From Lama guanicoe (Eukaryota), in assembly GCA_013239625.1 (NCBI GenBank), contig MU054391.1:7099095-7163094 (forward strand): a DNA stretch of 64,000 nucleotides, given 5' to 3'. Below are positions 60,084-64,000 of the stretch, piece by piece; position 1 is the first letter of the stretch, and the number at the start of each line of letters is the position of its first letter. A program made the translations under genes and the position numbers. The notes below the pieces were generated by a model that was given only the letters and a program-made list of their open reading frames with translations, had not been told where the DNA came from and did no database searches.

Positions 60084-60240
60084 AAAATTTTGATCTAACT
60101 CTCACAAGTATGTTTTACCATTAACCAAGTTACTTATGCGGAAAATACATAGAGATTCTGTGAAGTGAAAATTTTGATCTAACTCTTACCAATCTGTTTT
60201 ACCAACTAACCGGATTACTTACGAAGAAAACACGTATAGG
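60084..60240. repeat. Diverged tandem duplication, period 84 bp
   Basis: AAAATTTTGATCTAACTCT identical at 60084 and 60168. The following ~50 nt align with mismatches (tgttttacca..taacc..ttactta..gaaaa). Confidence 0.85.
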
Positions 60241-61185
60241 TTATTCTTTTCCTTTCCTGTTAAGCATTTGTAGATTATTAGATTTTTTTTTAAGTACTAA
60301 ATTTGACTCTGAAAATCAGGGTTAAGCATATCATTCTTCCTAACTTTGTGACGTGCTCTTAAAAAATAGAATAATGAATTGAAAATTGGGGATATGATCT
60401 TTATTTTGTGTCTGAGGTTCAACAAACAAGTTTACAAGACATTTATTATGATGTCTCTGAAGCAGAAGGAGAGTTATTATTATAACTCCTTAAGTAGCGT
60501 ATAGACTTGCTGAATAATGGAGCCAGGTATTTCCACAGCAATTGTAGGATAGAATTTTGGAGAATCGCCTAGGCTGCATCTGACGGTTTGGATTGTAGGT
60601 CTGATGCAGAGGTCTCAGACCACAGCCTCCTTTCCCTCAGTGTTGCCTGTCCTGCGGCCCGCCTTACTTTGCAGGGTTGACTTTCTAAACCTTAACGGTG
60701 AAGCTATGATTAATTTCTACACGGGAAACTGTTTTTCTTTTTGACTAAAGAATCAAATCTCAGGACATAAGTTCACTCACAGGTACATGTGTAGAAGAAA
60801 GGCCATTTTAAAATGAGGGTAACTAAGTTGTGAGCAGTTTGTAACTGATGTGCCTAACTGGGACCGGCAGAAGTGCTGAAAACTATTACTTGGCTAATAC
60901 ATGCATTATTTGTGAATATCAGTCATTGACCTTGAAGCTTACTTTTTTGAACAACCTTTGATCTTAAAAGTCTAAAATTTGGTAACGGGGAATTTTGGAA
61001 TCATCCTTCTCATCAGTCACACTCAACATTGGGGGTCTTTTCCCTAGTTCACCTTCCGTCTGTCTGAACTCCCTCAACAAGCAGGCACAGACTATGCACG
61101 TGTACTTGGGTGCAGAATCCTGAGCGAGGCTGGTCCGTCTTGAGCGGCCAGCAATTATTGTAGTGACGTAGTGGGTATGAGAGGT

Positions 61186-61246
61186 GGGACTGGGGATCGA
61201 ACCCAGGGCCTCGTGCATGCTAAGCATGCGCTTTACCACTCAAGCT
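61186..61246 (-). mobile_element. tRNA-Ala(AGC)-like SINE head or tRNA pseudogene fragment
   Basis: Minus strand agcttgagtggtaaagcgcatgcttagcatgcacgaggccctgggttcgatccccagtccc. Lacks the 5' acceptor-stem G run and the SINE tail. Confidence 0.75.
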
Positions 61247-61387
61247 CTTTGTGAATATGAATTTGCCCACCTGAATGCCTCTGTGGAAACATGGCTTGTA
61301 GCTTTTATCAAAGGATCAGAATCTTAGGGCTTCTGGAGTTGGGTGGTGTGACAGAGAACTGTGTCCAGAGTATGCGTTCTTCTAGAG

Positions 61388-61601
61388 TAGGGCTTGGCAA
61401 ACCACAGCCTGTGGCCCAATCCGACCCACCCTCTGTCTCTGTGAAGTTTTCTGGTTGCAGCCGACCTGTTCCCATAACGTCCACGGTCGCTTTTGTGCTC
61501 TGATGGCAAAGTTGAGTAGTTGTCGCAAAGATCGCAGAACCTCCCCAAAGCCGGGAGTGCTTGCTGTCTGGCCTTTAAGGGAAAAAGTTTGCTGATTCCT
61601 G
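61388..61601. mobile_element. MER58A-like hAT transposon
   Basis: Terminal inverted-repeat-like ends tagggcttggcaaac ... gtttgctgattcctg, with a typical body (cctgtggcccaatcc; gttgagtagttgt). Confidence 0.8.
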
Positions 61602-62027
61602 GCTGCAGAGCAGGCTCAGTCTAAAGGGCTTTACTTTATTTAGTGCAGTGTCTAAGACAGTGTATTTTTCCAAAGAATTTATAACAAAATGTAAATTTAA
61701 AATTATGTTGCTTTAAAACAGACAGTTTGTTTGGGCGCAACACGGTTGAGAGTAGGGAGCCCATTATGATGGACCTCCTCCGTGATGCCGCTGGAGACAG
61801 TGACACAAGTCACAGCTGTCAGTATAAAGGCCCTCACTCCCTGTGCACATTTCACTGACATTAAACATGTAATTGTGGGCACTTTGGTGCCAGAAAAGCA
61901 TTGACCCTTTGGAGAAAAGCATAATTATAAGACTAGAGGAAGCAAGAGAGGTGGGAAGATGACGGGCATTTTACTGCTCAGATACTTGAGGTGCTCGGTA
62001 TGCCTTTCATGGGACTGTGTGCCCCTG

Positions 62028-62068
62028 GTGTGTGTGTGTGTGTGTGTGTGTGTGTGCATGTGTGTGTG
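62028..62068. repeat. Interrupted (GT)n microsatellite
   Basis: Direct reading. Confidence 0.95.
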
Positions 62069-63361
62069 CACCCCCACAATACACTGTCTCCAGATCCTCC
62101 TGTCCACACACTGGCCAAGTAGAGCCCAAGGGCTGCAACGAACGATTTAGATGGATGGTTGCCATGGGCGCCAAGGGAGGAGCCAGGCTCCACCCGCCTC
62201 ACGTGAGATGAAGGAGACAGGCGTTGGTTCTGTTTGTCTGAGTGGCTGGACCAAGGAGAACCAGGGTCAGTTTAGCCATGAAGGGTACCGGTTTGAGACA
62301 AGCTATGTGTCACCCACAAGTTCTCCACGTCCTGACAGAGTTGTGCTCCTTTGGGGCTGACATCTAACTCCAGCAGGTAAACAAGACCAAGCACAGGGAT
62401 GAGGGACAACTTGAGAGACTACACAGGGTCTGTGAGAAAAGTGCAGGAAAATCGCGGGGCTTGCTTTCCCGCTTTATTTAAAACTGTCACCTTGCTCTAG
62501 GAGAAATGGTGCGGGAGACTGAAGCCGAGAGATGATGAAATGGGTCTTTTTTCTCACCTGTATGATGTTTAGCATCCTGTGAGAATTCAGTAGATAAGTT
62601 GACGCTTAACTGTGGTTGGACAGAAGTTAAGAGTTTGTTGAGATCTCAAGAGTAAAAATATAGAAAACGTAGAGATTCAGAGCAAGTAACAACCACTTAA
62701 AAAGCTGGTCTGAGAATTAGGTGTCTTGAATGTTGTTGCAGGAAGAGCCTGAGCAAGTAGAAATCTTTGAAGTATTCCTGGAAGACACAGTATTTGACAA
62801 AATCTCAGCTTGGAGGTTCCCGCATGTTAGCGAGTTTGTTTGTGGCAAGTGATATAATTTCCCTGTTTTCAAAGCTCGTGCAGATTTGGAAATATTTTCA
62901 ATATAAGATGTAATTGGTTGATGTCCGAGATGGCCAAGACTCTTGCAGCTGTCTGAGAGTTGAGAGACTTGATTTGGAAATTGGGATTGCTGGAGAGTTG
63001 AGGTCAGGGTGAGGCAGGGAGAGGTGGGTGGTTTTGAGGTAGCAACAAACTCTTTTTTCCCCCTCTCCCTTTTCATCTTCCTTCCTTTGTTTCCCCTTCT
63101 ATATGCTACTACTTCTCAGCTTTACTTACTTGTAATTTAGCAGCTGGTTGGGACAGGGTTACCCAAATTGGAAGCACCTTCCACCCGGGTGTGTGTTCTG
63201 TCGACCCCTGGTGGCCACAGAGGGGATAGTCATGAAGCACACCCGTAAGGCAGTGGCTGGTGGGTGCATTTTCTGGGCTATTTGCACTATAGATTTCTGG
63301 GTCAAAAACATTTTAAAAAGTTTCTCTTCCCACTCTAATCATGCATTTGTGTTTTCTTAAG

Positions 63362-63491
63362 TCCTTCAGTTTCCCGGCCTTCAACACCTAAAAGTGACTC
63401 AGAATTGGTCAGTAAGTCTGTGGACAGGACAGCGCAGAAGAGTAACTTAGAGATGCTCTGGCTTTGGGGAGAACTGCCACAAGCCGCAAAG
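63362..63491 (+). CDS. LPIN1: LPIN1 coding exon (130 nt, phase 2/0; serine-rich region)
   Basis: ttttcttaag|T CCT TCA... encodes (S)PSVSRPSTPKSDSELVSKSVDRTAQKSNLEMLWLWGELPQAAK. Donor AAG|gtaagt. The gene continues past the window end. Confidence 0.96.
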
Positions 63492-64000
63492 GTAAGTTTT
63501 TTCCCCTTCTCAATTCTGCCTTGCCCTGAAGGTAGTTTCTAAAAACATGAAATGAACACAGTCTTTTCTTTAAAGAAATTTTATTTCATATTTCAACATA
63601 GTACAAGAATATTGGATTATATTATTATATATCAAACTTTTTTTTTTTAATATTATAGGAGAGGGCAGCTCTTTGGAGAGTAGATCTGTTGAGGTTAAAG
63701 CTGTGGATTCATTCCCTTTCTAGGTTATATTTAGCTTTCATGGAAAATGCTGATTTCTCTGCCCACGAGCCACAGTGCTGACCTAGCCAACCATCTCTAC
63801 ACACTCATGTCATTTGTTGCTGGAGAGACGGCATGAAAGTGCAAACTCATCACTTCTTCCAGCAGAACAGTTCTGACCACAGATCCAGTGTGGCGTTGTT
63901 TTCATTTGTGCTCGAAGCTGTGAAATCAGATACAGAAATGCATCTCCCCTCCCTGCTTTCTAACCCACAAGTTGCGTTTGGTTTTTGTTTGGATAAATCT

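Noticed and set aside
1..64000. CRISPR array, operon or other novel multi-gene system
   Set aside because: The sequence is eukaryotic intron/exon DNA with a single protein-coding gene. No repeat-spacer array and no second supported gene were seen on either strand.

Overview
Mammalian genomic DNA holding the 5' part of LPIN1 (lipin-1, Mg2+-dependent phosphatidate phosphatase and transcriptional co-regulator) on the + strand. The SINE and young L1 content points to a camelid (inference). The gene model I can support has: an upstream in-frame 57-nt alternative exon (18683-18739, IPMMRDPGWIRNVWSSNIN); a CpG-island promoter with a non-coding first exon ending at 34814; coding exons 52385/52394-52585, 53313-53408, 55785-56092 and 57665-57790; the lipin-1beta cassette exon (59938-60042); and 63362-63491. 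The gene continues beyond the window. The rest is intron or upstream sequence rich in L1, L2, MIR, MaLR/ERV LTRs, hAT MER elements and microsatellites. Nearly all ORF-track entries are spurious. I find no new biological system. The most interesting signals concern splicing and regulation of LPIN1. The beta exon appears to have lost its usual acceptor (CGG where CAG is expected) and to rely on a TAG 3 nt downstream. It also sits in a CpG-dense patch followed by an 84-bp duplication. There is a perfect ERR element in intron 1 and some young TSD-flanked L1 insertions. Comparisons to human and mouse sequence are from memory and need alignment to confirm.
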